A DNA stretch of 64,000 bases, taken from assembly GCF_964355755.1 (NCBI RefSeq), contig NC_092671.1, positions 8,928,001 through 8,992,000 on the forward strand, in the 5' to 3' direction. The notes beneath the pieces are model-generated. The model was not told where the DNA came from. It was given only the letters and a program-made list of their open reading frames with translations, and did no database searches. This document shows, in pieces, positions 43,601 through 58,193 of this stretch. Position 1 is the stretch's first letter; every line of letters begins with the position of its first letter. The position numbers and the translations under genes are program-made. Origin of the DNA: Antedon mediterranea (taxonomy: Eukaryota; Animalia; Echinodermata).

Positions 43601-44822
43601 AAGATCAAATCGTGCTTCCTTATGACCTATTTGGTGGCACGGTACGCCGTTATTATTATAAGGGAAATCCCCGACGTTGTGTAACTTATTCAAAGGAAAC
43701 ACCCATTACCATGTTTCGTTTCTTTTATATAATTGGAGGTTTATAGCCTATTGATAATGAGGTTTTCCACTTTTCAATAGATATTATTTAAAAAAATGTT
43801 TGTCAGGGTTGTTTTTGAACGAGGCATATATCCTAATGAACATAAATACATGAATTTTAATATACGTGTACGTATAGACTTCCGATACGAATAAAACATA
43901 TTTAGACATTTACAGTAAATCTATAGGATAGAAAAAAACAAATCTAAATGTGGTTATTTTGTCACTGTTATCATTAAAGTTGGAAGGCCCACACAATGAA
44001 TATTAGGTTGACACACATCATATTATTCTTTCATCTAAAAAGGAATGTAGACCTTATAGTATAACTCCATTGATGGACAAACAATCTAAAGCCCAAGTGA
44101 CGAGTTAAAACTACATTTGAAACGAAATACGGATACAGCAGCCTTCCAACAATATCCCAAAAGTAGGGCGCGTAACCTTCTTACCATGGCAACTGAACAG
44201 ATAACAGAAGGATGTAACGATTGTATTTACTAATTGTTATTAACGGATTCGGGCTTACCGGTTAATCTAGCCACGCCATATTACCCATTATTTAGCTTAA
44301 ACTGCGATTATCGTTAATATTACACATTGAACATCCTAAAACAACGCCCAGCATTTTATTTCCAATATATTAACACCTGGCTAGCCCTAGTTTATACGAA
44401 TTTATACACGTCAAGTTTGAAGAGCTAAGCTTGAATACGTGCTTAATAATACAATTTTCCGGTTTCGTTTCGGTAATTATTACAGAGATTTACATTCAAC
44501 GAAAGTGCGGTGGAGACATTTGGTGTTTTCCCTTTTTTTACGTATTGCTGTATTGTATATAAGGTCCACACATGTACATTTACCTTTTGAAGTTGAATAG
44601 GATAATGTTTACCTCTTACTTCCTGATACCCATTTTCAATATGATAATTATCATCAAGTACATTCCTAACTGTCTTTAGTAAATAATGTATGGTATCGTT
44701 TTCTTTCGATTCTTACTGCTTGACCTCGGTACAATCATGGATGATTTCCTCCATGGTACAAGAGTCACATATAATCACATGTATATCTGCTGAATTGTTA
44801 AAAGAAAATAATGAATTTAGTC

Positions 44823-44892
44823 TACAGTTGATAACATACTTTTTATCTCTTTTAGTTTAGTAAAAGAGATAAAAAGTATGTTATCAACTGTA
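44823..44892. repeat. Perfect 32-bp inverted repeat with a 6-nt loop (minimal TA-flanked CAG...CTG element)
   Basis: TACAGTTGATAACATACTTTTTATCTCTTTTA gtttag TAAAAGAGATAAAAAGTATGTTATCAACTGTA. Confidence 0.9.
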
Positions 44893-45540
44893 TAGGTCTT
44901 GTTAAGTCACGGAAACTAGTTAGTTTACAACTCCCTGGTTAGGGTACCTACAATCGAATCGTTAATCCGTACAGCAATCGTTTCTACGGTGTGTGTACCG
45001 GAAGAATGCATATACTGGTAGAGATGGGGGAAAACAAAAAAACATGATTGATAACACATAAAGGCATTTCTTATTAATGGGACTAAGGGGCTTCGTTATC
45101 GTTTCTTTCAAACAGTTTAAGCCGTGATCAATAGCTCGGCGCGTGGCCCAAACATATTTAAACCGGTCGCGTGTGCTGAAGAAAAGAATGTTCGTTAATC
45201 ATTTGTTAATCAATGGGCACGGGCCAGACAAAAATAGTGCAATTAATGAGCTCTAAACAGATTACAAAATTTGCCAGACTGGGCCAAGACAGCATTCCTC
45301 TACCCGCATGCAGTAATAAAATGATAGTGTTCGCGCTTGTGGTGACATCCCTATTTGTCTTCGTACCCTGTTCGTACTAATTATACCTGTATTGTTTGAT
45401 TGTTTGTTTTGTTTAATGTGTTTACTTATTTATGTTTATCCATGGTATCTGTATGGCTAGTTTCTTTCAACTGGCCAGCTAGTTTACACACCCAAAAGAG
45501 GCATGCCCATGTATAATTATAGTAGGCTTAATAGTATGAT

Positions 45541-45575
45541 CATGGAGAAATAAGTTCCTAACTTATTTCTCCATG
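45541..45575. mobile_element. 35-bp hairpin insertion with a 7-bp TSD (P/Galileo-like minimal element or excision footprint)
   Basis: GTATGAT+CATGGAGAAATAAGTT cct AACTTATTTCTCCATG+GTATGAT. Confidence 0.75.
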
Positions 45576-48500
45576 GTATGATATACCTTTCGTAAAGAAC
45601 TAGTCATTTTGTGCCAAGAGTAAGACTCAAACTGTTTTTTAACCATAGCATGCTCAACATTATACCATTCCCATCCACTGAATAATGTTAGATAATAGCC
45701 TATAGCACGAGTATTTTCCAATTAATAATAGTCCTTATTTGAAGTTACACTCTCGAACTAATATGAAACAAATAGCATTTTATTTTTACTACCGTCGTTA
45801 TTGAATAATGCTGTATTATAAAGAAACAATAAATCATGACCTTATTTGTAAATACGGTCGTCAACCTATTAGGCCTTACTTGGAAACGGTAGTAAATATG
45901 GAAGTACGTCATAAACCGGATCAAAATGCGGTCGGGTCAAACTTCGCATATCTTCCAATTTTCCATATTTCATTTTGATTAAACGTCTGAATAGTTTCCT
46001 CAAATATTCCCGCCATTTTTACCTGCAGGAAATACTACAATGGTGACCTATTGTTCACCTGAGCTTGTCGTCCGGTCAATGAACGAACAGCTTACGGATA
46101 CAAAACAAAAACTAAGCACTTTCTTGTATTTTATTGTACAGTACTGATTATAGTATTGTTTCATGATTCCATCCATATTAATAAATAGCAACATTCGACA
46201 TCGAATTCTATTTGAACGATTAAATTTATTTGCCGCCCTCTAATTTCAATCATTTTTTAAATACCGGGTGAAAACTGATAGAAAAAAGTTGTTGTACAAT
46301 AACGTCACGATTTCAAGGACAAAATCAAATACTCGAGTTTGGGAATTGTTGTTGATTAATTCATAATTTATGATATATATGATAACCTAAACTAATAACA
46401 TGACAGTCAATTATATTTGTAGAATATCATCTTCGGTTAAATGTCCAATTTTAGTTACTAGCCTAAGACGGAACAAAACAATAAAAACTACAATTTTCTT
46501 CGATTTAATACAAAATATGTATATGTCTATATAAGTCAATTAATTTTGCTTCGTTGTGATATGAAATATTTTTTTCTTGTTAATTTTAATCTCTAGTTTA
46601 TTCGGTTTTTGTATATACTCAACAACATGTTCCCACTTCTGCGTTGTTCCATTTGCCAAATCTGTAATAAATACGACAAAACAAATATCCACATAAAATA
46701 GATTCCGCTCGTTGTGTTTCATGGATCCCACCCATTTCTGCTGCATATCATCAATACGGTATAAACTGTAATAATATACGGATAATAATTCGATGACCTG
46801 TTTCTGCTGAAATTACTGTTTTATGCCTATATAGGCCTATGCATGTATTACGTTCTCATTTCTTTTCACAAAACTCAAACTTTTTCCCCAATTTATTTTG
46901 TATTTAAGACAGGACCATAATGTTTTTGTTTTACCTGATTGTGTAATTTTGGATAAAGATATTGTTAAATGAATTACCATAAAATCATATTATTTATAAT
47001 TAGTCCAATACTGCTCATAATACATTTAGTTTTGTTATGTAATCCCTAGGCTATATATACCTGTAGTATGTTCTCTCTATTAGTAAGACTCTGGATCAGA
47101 TGGAGATAATAACTCATCCCTGTTGTGCCGTACTCCACTAAATTTGACCTAGTTGTACATATTTCCTCCATTGGTTCATCTTGAGTAATATTACACTTGT
47201 TGGTTGTTAAAAATATCTCGTTAAAATCGCCCCAAGCGGCAAATAGGTCAAGATGAGACCGCTGGAAAGTTGGTCAAGTTCACAACGGGGAACACCAGAA
47301 CTGGATCATAACACAGCATTGTAGATCCAACCATTTTGTTTACAAGAAGCGATGTAGATGGATTTTTAATTTATTTAAACGTGGCTAATCGTTCACGAAT
47401 ACATTGATTACAATACAATACTAACCTAACCGATATATAGATTAGTAATATTTGCACATCCGCTTAAAAATAAGCCTGGTTGATGTTTTTTTGTGATGTG
47501 TTTACTTTTAAATTTACTTTACAATATTGAAGTAGAGTCGGGAGTACAGTAGGCCTACACCGTTTAAAACAATTATTGTGGTTCTTCCTCAATGATATGA
47601 CTATGAGGTGATCTTTATTTTTTGTTAGGCCATTTATACCTCAAAAGTGGTGCAAAATCACTACAAACTTCGAAACGAATTGAGCCAATAGGTCTATGTA
47701 GTTTATTAGACTCTCTGTGTAAAGCAGAAAAACAAGTTAGTTTTATTATATTGAACGTTGTTTCTACTACAGTATTTCTCTGCATATATAGGCCTATAGT
47801 AAATCATCAAACCATAAGAGACATGATTTAATTAATTATTTAAATAATTCCTCCGTGAATCAAACAATCTGTTAGGTACCTTTTACTCCCTGTTTTTTTG
47901 TTTCTATTTGCCCTTGTTTCTTCTTAAAGAACTATGCAACATCAATCCAAAACTGTGAGTATGCATTGTTTACTTGAATACAACATACCCGATAACAACT
48001 ATACAACTTGAATTGTTCATGTTATTATTTCTAGTCACGATACATTACTTAATGAGCTTGTTTTTAAAGTTATTAGTGAAGATGACTTCCGATGTTTATG
48101 TAATGTGTGACAAAAGAAACCTTATACAGGTGAAAGTGTTTTGGATGAGTCCACGCAAGCGTTATAGCTCAGGTCGTCGGTTTCTTTTAACTTGTAATTA
48201 ATTACGTAGTGATTTGTGTCTTCCAACAATCCTAAACATTCGTATTCTTTGAATTTACATAAAATGGAAACACAAATCACAAAATGAGTATCATTATTAT
48301 CAGACCGACCATTAGTGAACCAGAAGCCCGAACCTTCACTCACTCATGCACTCTTACGTAATAGACATGTGCTATCATTGTCCTGTTGCCATTTTTCAAC
48401 TTTGCTATTTAGAGGTGTAATGTTTTTGTGCGAGTCCTGAATTTCAAACAATCGCTGAAAAGTTGTTTATTTCAACCTAGGAGATATTTTTCCAGGAAGT

Positions 48501-51500
48501 GCCCTGATTTACAATTATTATATACGGTACTCTGTGGGGAGGTTTTCAATACAGCTTCATGAATCATGTTCATAATTTTGACTTATTACAACATTTTTCC
48601 AGTTAAAAGTTAATTGAGGATTAATATTGTGAACGTGGCCCATGTAACTTTGCATGGATTTGGTAGAAAGATTTCTAGTTCTACCATACGATCGGTTCAC
48701 TTACTTCTCATGATGATTTCACAAATTCAAAATCTATGGAAAAATACAAACACTGTTTTTGTAACCGAAATAACTATTTTTATGTTGTTAAAACAGAGTT
48801 GCCAACCATGAAGATGGTGTAATGCGATATTAATCTAAGCTGTGAATTTCAGTTTGTTTTAATACAATAATCAAATTTATTAACAAAAAAACAAGTAATG
48901 TATATGCAATTGAACACCCGATTACTTTTCGCCTTTTTGCAACGTAGATATTTAGATTAATTGCCCTTTGAAAAGTAGGCTATAATGCGTAAAACCATGT
49001 AATGAAGTATGAAGAGTTGGCCTACAAATCCAGTATAAGTCAATAGATTTTCTTTCTTTAAAAAAAATTGGTCAGGGCTAATTGAATTATCTATTTGGAT
49101 TAAAGAAGATCCAAATTCACTATTAATATTACTAATAAAACTAAAAATAATTTATGCTAATGAAATGTTGACTCTTAGATACTCTCTTCAAATATTATGT
49201 TAGTAGGCCCTATAACAAATATAATGCTTGTACCATCTGATACAGTATAGCAACATGCATGGACAGGCCTAACCAAAAACTCAGCATGAACTTTCTACTG
49301 GACATTATTTAACACAGTAAACAAATGGGTTGGTATGGGTTTCCATTGAAAATCAATATTGTTAATAAATAAATTTAAAAACGATGTCGATGAGGTTGAT
49401 AGCCTATATCTGGATTAGATTACTATATTTAGAATGTTAAACCGTTTTCTTACAAAATAAAAAATATCTTTGTATGAAAATGCATATTTTATTTCTACAA
49501 AAGATATGACAGCAAATGAATTATGTTGTTTAATTTAATTAAATGTTCTGGCTGTTCACATGGTGAACTGTTAATTTATAACTTATAAATAAAAAATAAC
49601 TTTATAATTAAATACTGAAGTTATTGATGTTAGTTACACCGGAATCATCTTTTGTTGAATAAATAGAATATTCTTTTCAAATAAATTGTTGTTTATATGA
49701 CAGTTGTTTTTCCCAGGCTTTTATTCTGACAATTGTTTATTTCATTTCTAATTATTTTGATTAGTCGTTTGTTTATTGTATTAATCTAGATTGGTCAATT
49801 GATTGTCCATCTCAACACCTGTCGTACCTATAAATATGTTACATTTCCTATTCGTTAATGATTCACCCTATGTAATGTATAGCTATTTAAATTATATCTC
49901 TTAATTCAAATATTATTTATATTTAAAACTGTCTATTTTGTCCGAATTTATATCAAGTATTAATTAATTAAAATAAAATCAATTAATTACAATCCTGTTA
50001 ATTATAGTCTGTGAGGTGGGTGTCATATTTGTCTTGCCTTCAAGTAGGCCTACAGATCTAAGTTGCGTCATTGTTTCATCAATGAGCTTATATACATTAT
50101 GTATAGGTCTGATTGTTATATGTTTTATATTTTATAGTTGTTTCATTGCAGGACCATATTGAAAAACAGAAATGTGTGTACTTTTTTTTTCTGAATTATG
50201 TTATCCTGCCTAAATATGTTTTAACTAAAAACTAAAAAAAAACCAATTATTATCTTTGTTTTATAAAATTGTATTTTATATGTGCTATTTGATTTTAACT
50301 AATTCTAGGAACTATACAGAATTAACATTGTATCTCGTGATTTTACAATTTGTAGTTTTGTAGATAAAGGCCTAGTTCCAGGCACTCACTGTGTACTGTA
50401 TAACGAGGCCTAAATCTTTAATTTGATATAGCAAATCGAATTGGAAGATTTTGTAAAGTAATATTAAATGAAATATATTGTCAAAATTAATCTGTATACT
50501 CTCAAATACCACGGAACTTTTATCTAGCCGACAGAACTGTTTTGTTTACAACAAAATAATATCTGGGCCATTAATATTCTATCTTAATCGCCGTGGCTGA
50601 GCTGTAAAGAGTTATATAACTGTATTATTATAGGCTATTTGATTACATTTACTTTAAAATACACGGACATTTTGTGTTTATACTATTAGCCGGTAGTTGT
50701 TTTGTTTACAATCAAGATGATTTCTCAACATGAAACTTAAGTATGATCAATTTCACAGGCAAGCATTCTTCAATGTCTAAACGCATCACTAAAGCAAAAC
50801 AAACACATAAATCTGCCAATATAATCTATAAAAACAGGTAATATGGAATTTAATATTACAGCATACACGTAGAAATGGCAAGTGCTGTGACCCTTTGACC
50901 TAATTACAACGTATTAGAAATTATTGTTATCTAAACTTGAGATCATGTTTGTTAAGAATACCCCTAATTCAATGACGCGGAAAACGCGTCTCTAAAGGGC
51001 TGGTTCACAATAATTTACACATGTATGCATCAAGCATCCACATAGAAGTAACAATTGACGCAACGCGTAAACGTAGTAGACATCTAGTAATAGCGAGAGG
51101 ATGTTAAAAGATGTCTTGATTGAACCACAATTCGTTTGTAGGGCTATTATATGATTAGGCCTATATATATGATTGAATTGAACCGTTTTCTATGACTCCT
51201 GTTTAGATGGCCCACATTATGAATGGCAGTATTTTAGGATCGACTATTTTCCATTGAGAAATCTTCGATTCAAAATGTCTCGGAGTGTCTTATTTTGATT
51301 ACTTGAAATCAGCTAAACAACTATGCTATCTAAATAACCTAAGCATTACGAATACATTGTTTTCTATGACGTGCACGATGCATGCACGTGATATAGGCCT
51401 ATTGTCCAACACAACGAGTTTATGAATCATATCCGATGTCGATATTATTGGTACTAATAATGGCAATTGACAATATTATACCAATTAACTTTCAATGTAA

Positions 51501-54042
51501 ATAGACTGCTAAAAAGAAAGGAAGGGAACTTTTAATTTGCATATTTACGTATGATACGCTGGACCTTTGATCTTCGAAGAAGTATGTTATAATTAATCTA
51601 ATAATGGTATAGAAAATTATAAAGATATAATCACTATTATGATGTCATCATCCAAACAACGGTTTGTGTTGAGAAAAAACATTATTTCTTACATCATGGA
51701 GAAAAAATTTAAATTATAATATATATATATCCATACCATTACTTTCTGGTATTTGATTTGGTTTGGGTGCTGGTGAAGATTTAGCGAGGCGTTGGAAGGA
51801 ACTTTTTTTGTGATTGGAAAACATTAGATTGAACCCCATTCACCAATTTATAATTAGGGACTATACTTTTTTTTTGCGTATAGTAGAATATATTTAGCAG
51901 ATGTGATGAAAGCAGGAACTTGGTCAAGAACCAGTTAAAACGATTACTTGTTTGATGGTGGCGGTTGAGCCTAGAATATTACTTTCCGGAGCAATCACAC
52001 TTGTTGACCGAAAAATCATAATTGTATTTTATGCCTATAATATTTGAAAAGGCTATTGTTTATTTTGTGTAAGTATTAAATGATCCTGACCTTTTATAGT
52101 TAAAAAATAAACGAGGTTATTTGCCTTTAAAATCATATAGGCCTACCACCGTACATTTTGAATAATATGTGAAACGTTGGTAAGAGCAAGCTTTGGTCGT
52201 TGTAAAATTGAAAAATTATTGTTTAAGTAATTTTATTGTTGATATAATTTCACTAAAAAAGAAATCAAGCAATGCAAATATCAATTTCATTGTGTGTGTT
52301 TTTTTTAATTCGAATGTTTCATTTTTCCGTTATATTCTAACGTTTCATTTACCTTTTTGAGTCTGAAGTTACCCTTTTGTTTTCAGGAAATAAATCAGAA
52401 CTATATATTTTACAAAAACACCAAGGAGGCAGCCATAAATAACTTTCATTCTGATAGAGAACGTTTCCTGCCTAAAAAAAACAATAACACAATTGTTATA
52501 CACTTGTTACGTGGACCATGCTTCCTCTGGGACTTGACACTTAATATTAAAGCCATTTTTCATGTTATAGATTGTTGAAATTAATGATTTGTTAACCCCA
52601 GTGGGTTACATTTTACAATTTCGTTGATGATTGGATTTGACAACGCAAATGCTATAAATAATTATTTATGGGTTGGAGTAGGCCTTAATATTATAAACCC
52701 ACTTCCAAACAATAGCTAAAACATCTTAGTGAAAGATTATCTGCAAACATTATATATTTTGAATGGGTTGGTTAATTACCAATACGGTATACTAAATTGA
52801 GAAAAAAATAATGAAGGTACATTACTGTGTATCAATAGAAATAAGAAACAACGAGCAGCACAACCAAAAGCCATGCCTAGTTTTCTTTATATAGTATTAT
52901 TTGGGTTATCCATTATTTGATCCCAAGAAAATATTTCAATTGAAACGCCACCCGCTAGTAACGTTTCTTGATTTATCTTTTACAATTATTAGATTTATGC
53001 CAGGCAGTCTTCATGTCTATATTTCTTTTTTAATCAGGGAAGACTTTAACTAATTTGTATTGTTAAGCCGATTTTATTTGGCGAAAATATTCAGTTGGAC
53101 CGGGTATTTTCTCTCCTTTTATATTCTGTTTTCGGTTTGTACACTAATTTTGAACTCAATTTATACCCGCTGTGAATTGTGTGTGTAGTGAGAACCCGTA
53201 GCTATTGTTTATTTACCGTCTGATTAACAAATTACAGTATTGGCGGGAAAGCCAAAAAGGTAACAAAGGCTTAAGTAAAAAGTAACAATTTGACTTCTTT
53301 GATTTCTTTTGCTTGAGTAGTAAACAATGAATGGAAAATAAATAAACTTTGTTGTGTCTAAGTAATTTAATGGATGACTTAAAACAGGTCCTTCCTATCG
53401 TGTTATTTAAATAGGCACACGTGTTTTGTTGTTTTTCACTCAACCGTTGTCAACAACCAAACCAAAGTTTGGTCACCCTCGCGTGACGAATAGCATTTAC
53501 CTTTCGTATGCTCACTGTCCCTTTTTCCTTTATGTATTTTTTTGTAAAGTACATTGTTGTTTTTTTAAAACCATTTGCTTCAATTCAGCTCAACTGTTAT
53601 TAATTGTATAATGTCCTTGACTTTGATGACGTCCTCATATTGATGTAGAATTCTATAGATGTCCACAACTTAGTTTTCATAAGAAATAGAAATTTAATTA
53701 TTTTCGTAGCCTACAACAAAATTAATTTAAGCAAAAATTGTTTTGACATGATAGTGATACAGTAGGATTGTAATATCATTGAGTTGTTCTAAACTCTCTT
53801 GTTATATAAAGCATTGTCCTGGGTTCAAATCCCGTCAAATTACCACTCCACTCCCAAAGACTTGTAATTAGACTTTGTTTATGTAGAGCATCTTTTGTAT
53901 ATGTTTGTCTTGTGAACCTCTGAGGGTCCCTAATGATCAGCAATAGCTGGATGGATCACCCCTCATTAAATATGGTTTAAAAAAAAAATTACTTTATAGA
54001 ATAGACCAAAACGTCTGTGGCCATATGGATCCATGATTTAAC

Positions 54043-54071
54043 CATGGAGGTATAAATGTATAACCTCCATG
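54043..54071. mobile_element. 29-bp hairpin insertion with a 7-bp TSD (P/Galileo-like minimal element or excision footprint)
   Basis: ATTTAAC+CATGGAGGT ataaatgtata ACCTCCATG+ATTTAAC. Confidence 0.7.
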
Positions 54072-57000
54072 ATTTAACCATATATTTTAGTACAGTGAGT
54101 GTCATTGATTTAACTTTGATAAATTAAAATGAGAATGTATTTAACTAACGATTCGATTATAATCATACAATTATAAATACCACAACCTTTAAATGCCACA
54201 GGCCTATAACACTTTATTTGTATACATGTTTGTGGGTACACTGTTATTATTAACCAAATGCGTCAAAAAGAATTTTGTAAGTGATTGCCCTACATAAACA
54301 TCTTGAGTTCATGCGTCTAATGGCGAACTTAGGACTTTGAAATTGAAGGGGAGGGGAAGGCACGAATAATATTCGAATAAATAAAGTCTAAAGGACATGG
54401 AAGGGGAACAAACAACGCACATCCTTTAAAAATCACATAATACACATACCACAATCGTCCGATACTACAAACCTTTTGTAGTGTGAGTCATTTTTTAGTC
54501 AAAATAGCGATTGACATTTATGATGTACCCGTATGTCATCAGTATCACCAAACATGAGGCCTACAATATTTAACATTATTGATTTCAACGCGTGTCACGA
54601 ACCTGCCACGAAATACAGAGTAGAACAAACAACATTCATGTCAAATTGTGAGTTCTTCAAATACAATACGATTTTCGCGAGATTAGTGAATTGTGTTTAT
54701 GGTTTGTGATTGTTTTGGGTTTACGTGTTGTTGATAAGTTGTACAAACATGCACACTTGTATAAACAAAGATATTTATTTAAATCTCTATTATTTGAACA
54801 CGTATGATTAGCTTGATGTTCAATGTTTGTGGTTACAGGTTTTTTTTTTATATCTCATCGGTATCTATTGTATGAAAAAAAAAATGACAATGATAATCCT
54901 TAATTTGAAACCAAAAAAGTCTCGAAGCATATATCACGGATCTATAAATTATAATAGGTCCATGATACGCTTCAAATACTTGAACCTCTATAAAATTATA
55001 ATTTATATGTCTATTGAAGAAAGAACTTGATTTAATAGTAAATATTATGTGTTTATAGGGTAGGTAAACAGATTTAGAAAAAAACCCTAGTCAATTAGCT
55101 TATTAAGATGTTTTATGTAGAAACCCCTCTTTCCGCGAAAACCCCTAGGCTATATAAATATCTGTCTACAATATCAAACTAGTAAAACAAAAATGTGATG
55201 TGACCAACTATAGTGATATGCCTAAATAATGGTAGTGATATGACATCATATCCATATGTTTGATACAGAGCTTTACGCGGACAATTTGTTTGTAGTCACG
55301 GTACTTACATTAAATTTTACAGCATTTTTCTTGTGAGTAAAAGTTACTAAAATACGGTACCCTCAGCCGTAGTATACCGATTACATAAATCGGCAGGTCA
55401 TGAAAACGTTTAAAACTGCATAGGCCTATACTAAATTTGTTGCATTTTTGTTGGGATGGGAGTCAAATATTGCAGGTACTAGGCCTATACCGACTCATAC
55501 CCACAAAGTTCACATGCTAGCTGCTGATAACAACAAATTAGATTTAAATGATTGGTAGATGATCAGGAAATTGTATTTTATAGAAAATTATAAATATATT
55601 ATAAGAACATTTCGAGTTTCATTTTGAAATGAGCACAGTAATTTGAGCCCTGAGTACCTGATCAGATAATGAGGAAAATGTAATAACACAATTTTTCCAT
55701 GAAGAAAAAATTATAATAGTAACGGTAATTTTTCCTCTATGATCAGATCTTGCGGTTAATCCGAAATCTTTTCTGTTTTCAGAGTCCTATCAATTAATAT
55801 TTCATCCTTCGGTTTCTTTTGTGTTATTGGATATTCTTGTCAACTACCGGTACATCGAGATTCGATTTGAAGTTTTTTTGGCTGAATTATGAAACGTTAC
55901 CGCCTTTGCGTGGGTCATGTTGTTACCTTTTCCTCTCAATCAACATTGTCGGCAGCATAAAGATCCAATAATAACATAATTCAGACAAAAAGGGTGTTTT
56001 TGTGATTTTGAACGTATGGTATTTTAGTCATGATGTTTATGTCATATAGGCCTACATATTGTACTACATTACAGTACCATTCAAAGTTATTAGGAGTTGC
56101 GTTGATCGAGCATAACGTTAGAAAATGTTAGGAAATTTCGATAGAATATAGGCTTACTGAAAAATTGTTACTTCCTCAGAGAAGTCATGGCGGGTCTCGA
56201 CAATTCGTCCGAAACGACCATGATTTGTTGTATATATTTATATTGCCAAAATAAAGTGAAAAAAATATGCCGTAATGATTTCATTAAAAAAAACACCAAA
56301 AAACAGTAATTCAACCAAACACCTACTGGTATATAAATTTCCAGACAACTATAAACTTTCAGTAACAATTGGTTTTTTTTTTAATCACTTTTTTTTAATC
56401 CAAACTTTGGTCAAAGAACAACTATTATTGTATTATGTAACATCAATGAATAGGCCTATATAATAAATGAAGGCCTGGATATAAAAGGAAGTAATAAATC
56501 TCTGTCATGGATTATTAGAACAAGGATTATTAAACAGCATGTCATGTTGTAAGTTTTTATCTCATTTAATTGTTGATGATCTAAATGTGTATAATATCCG
56601 TAGGCCTGCAGGTGTGTATACGGTTTCCCTCCTAACCAAAGGTGAAATTAATGACTTTTTAATGTCTAATAACAAACAACTTGTACACACCTGAATGTCA
56701 TTTAATTTAGATTGAAAATGCGTTTGGTGAATGTAAAAACACTCGTATATCACGTAGTACTACAGCGTAGGCCCGTCGTTGAGGTATCTAAAATAGACCG
56801 CCAGCCAGGGATAGACCCTTTGAGCACTTTGATCTTTAGAACGATATATCACCACTTGTGCTTAGGCCTATGGCTTCAGGGGTTCAAAGCACTCAATAGA
56901 AGAACAAAAGCTTGATTGATGTTATTCGCATTAAAATCTCTTCTAATAAATCGGATTTCAAGATAGGCATTATATTCCCTTATGGTTAATTATATACATG

Positions 57001-57093
57001 TTTTGTTCTATCGTCTGCGCACATGAGTGCTGTTTTTGAACAACAAGGGAAAGGTTTCGAAATGGCATATCTAAAAATAATAAATGAAAACAT

Positions 57094-57323
57094 CACTGTA
57101 GTTAAAAAACCTCCTTTATTTTATTCATATTCACACGTTCAAATAATAATCTGCTGAATGTACACGAATGTGACCTATTAATTAAGTTTTAACTGTAGAT
57201 TAAACAGCACTGTAGGCCTATAGTTAAAAAAAAATCTCCTTTATTTTATTCATATTTACACTTCAAATAATATTAATCAATGTACACGAATTTGACCTAA
57301 TTAAGTTTTAACTCAATTGTAGA
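57094..57323. repeat. Tandem duplication of about 115 bp
   Basis: Two copies of cactgtag...ctcctttattttattcatatt.acac...aatgtacacgaat.tgaccta...attaagtttt. Confidence 0.8.
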
Positions 57324-58193
57324 TATCTTTAAAAAGTATTTGTACCCATAATTAAGTTAGCAGATCTTTAGATGTGTGTGTGTGTGTGTGGAAGCGCATT
57401 ACAATCATGCGGAGCATCATTTAAATTTTCTGTCGGATAGGACAAACGAAACGAACAATTAGCTATGATAAAAGAGTTCATTGTGACATAATTGAAACAT
57501 CATAATGCAGGTGTCAAGATGAAGGCAAACCGCTAAGTGTTTCTGTTAAGTCACCACTCCAACTCAATTATATTTATCGCATTTCTTTTATGTCTCCAAT
57601 TTACACTTATATTTTCACTCATAAATCTGGTAAAGTTAGCGTATTCTGTATTTGTATTGGCCTTTGTTTAAAGAAAGAGTTTGAAAGATGCTATTTTTGT
57701 AAGCTGTCACACGTTTGGTGTCGTTTCATCACCTGACATATAACAATACAGTAATGTGCTGTGCAAACAGTGCTATATTGTTGGCCACACCTGCGGGGGG
57801 ACTCATCAAAGTAGTCTTTGTTCTAAACTTATCAGTTTCATCAGAAAGAAGTGACTTGTAACAAGATCTCATATTCAGCATCCTCTGATATTTAACTATA
57901 ATTAGTAATTTAATGACAGTTTTGTGATCGTATCAAGAGTGCCGTGGTGGCGATATTACCGGTGTGTTCGTAATAGTAATCATTTTAATTTTTTCCGTTT
58001 ATTGATATGAATCTATTATATAAATATTGTTCTTAAGTTGTTATTGTTCACAAAATAAGTTTCTCTCATAATAGTCGTATTCAAAACACACAACCTGGAG
58101 TAGTCGGTGGGACAAAATACTAAATTAATACACAGATCTTCTTTTGAGTTTGTGAAACTGAAAAGTCTGCAATCATTATTTTTATGATCTAAA

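Noticed and set aside
47400-58100. Short ORFs of 60-75 aa across the distal region
   Set aside because: They have the length and composition expected by chance in AT-rich DNA, with no family motifs and no consistent exon chain.
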